From Desulfuromonadales bacterium (lineage in GTDB: Bacteria > Desulfobacterota > Desulfuromonadia > Desulfuromonadales > JBFHXN01): a stretch of DNA of 39,693 bases. The notes beneath the pieces were generated by a model. That model was not told where the DNA came from. It was given only the letters and a program-made list of their open reading frames with translations, and made no database searches. The stretch is from NCBI GenBank assembly GCA_041598955.1, contig JBFHXN010000001.1:1-39693 (forward strand). The letters run 5' to 3'. How positions within the stretch are numbered: position 1 is the first letter of the stretch; each line of letters opens with the position of its first letter. Positions 39,072 through 39,693 of the stretch are shown piece by piece. The position numbers and the translations under genes are program-made.

Positions 39072-39693
39072 TTATTTCCCCTGAAAGACCGCCTTGCGCT
39101 TTTCGACGAAGGCCCCCATCCCTTCCTTCTGGTCCGCGCTGGCGAAGAGAACCCCAAAGAGTGAGGCCTCGTAGCGGAAGCCGTCTTCCTTGGCCATGTT
39201 GAGGCCGTTGGCGACAGCATCCTTGGCGTAGCCGACCGCCAGCGCCCCGACCCCTGCGATGTAACCGGCGGTCTCGCGGACCCTGCCCAGCAGCTCCCCG
39301 GCCGGACAGACCTCGTTGACGATTCCCCAAGCACAGGCCTTCGGCGCTTCGATCATCTTCCCGGTGAAGATCAGTTCGTTGGCCCGGCTCTTGCCGATCA
39401 GGCGGGCCAGGTTCTGGGTGCCGCCGAAGCCGGGAATGATGCCGAGGGTCACCTCGGGGAAGCCGAGCTTGGCCTTCTCCGCGGCATAGATGAAGTCGCA
39501 GCCGAGGGCGAGCTCGAGGCCGCCGCCGAGGGCAAAGCCGTTGACCGCGGCGATGACCGGCTTTCTCATCTTCTCCAGGGCGAGCATCACCCTCTGCCCC
39601 TGGCGGGCGAAATCATGCCCCTGGCAGGCGTTCATCTCCGCCATCTCCTTGATGTCGGCGCCGGCGACGAAGGCCTTCTCCCCGGCGCCGGTC
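39072..39693 (-). CDS. enoyl-CoA hydratase (crotonase family), 5'-truncated by the window edge
   Basis: AAVNGFALGGGLELALGCDF oxyanion-hole motif. The frame stays open to the window end (TGAGEKAFVAGADIKEMAEM...). Confidence 0.9.
   Translation of the reverse strand, partial: TGAGEKAFVAGADIKEMAEMNACQGHDFARQGQRVMLALEKMRKPVIAAVNGFALGGGLELALGCDFIYAAEKAKLGFPEVTLGIIPGFGGTQNLARLIGKSRANELIFTGKMIEAPKACAWGIVNEVCPAGELLGRVRETAGYIAGVGALAVGYAKDAVANGLNMAKEDGFRYEASLFGVLFASADQKEGMGAFVEKRKAVFQGK

Overview
High-G+C bacterial window (by eye >60% G+C, except one AT-richer patch at about 27.85-28.75 kb). Every credible gene is on the minus strand. The gene content suggests a Desulfuromonadales/Geobacter-like organism, but that is only an inference. 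I recognised no tRNA, rRNA, CRISPR array, transposase or integrase.

There are two transcription blocks, separated by a 438-nt intergenic region (28463-28900).

(1) 28462 down to 1, running off the left edge. This is a roughly 28-kb array of 28 tightly packed genes, many of them translationally coupled. It carries a complete aryl-polyene (APE)-type type II PKS/FAS-like core: KR, several KS, Cys-less KS partners, 2 ACPs, an adenylating ligase, hotdog dehydratases, a thioesterase, a LolA-like protein, an MMPL exporter, a GT2 and acyltransferases. Embedded in it are genes that do not belong to that core: three tandem B12-binding radical SAM enzymes, a CrtI-like flavin oxidoreductase, an MIO (HAL/PAL/TAL family) ammonia-lyase, an LpxL-like acyltransferase, a PagL-like outer-membrane protein, a BtrH-like protein and an ABC-2 exporter. 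This is the best candidate for an undescribed system, probably a radical-SAM-tailored polyunsaturated or aryl-polyene-like envelope lipid. The product is unknown.

(2) 39693 down to 28901. This is an acyl-CoA oxidation operon: crotonase, two acyl-CoA dehydrogenases, EtfAB plus a membrane Fe-S oxidoreductase, and CoA-transferases. It unexpectedly also carries a corrinoid adenosyltransferase and a short QueG/RdhA-like Fe-S protein.

Most plus-strand ORFs and many alternative-frame ORFs in the track are high-GC shadow ORFs. Small-motif coordinates are hand-counted and may be off by 1-2 nt.
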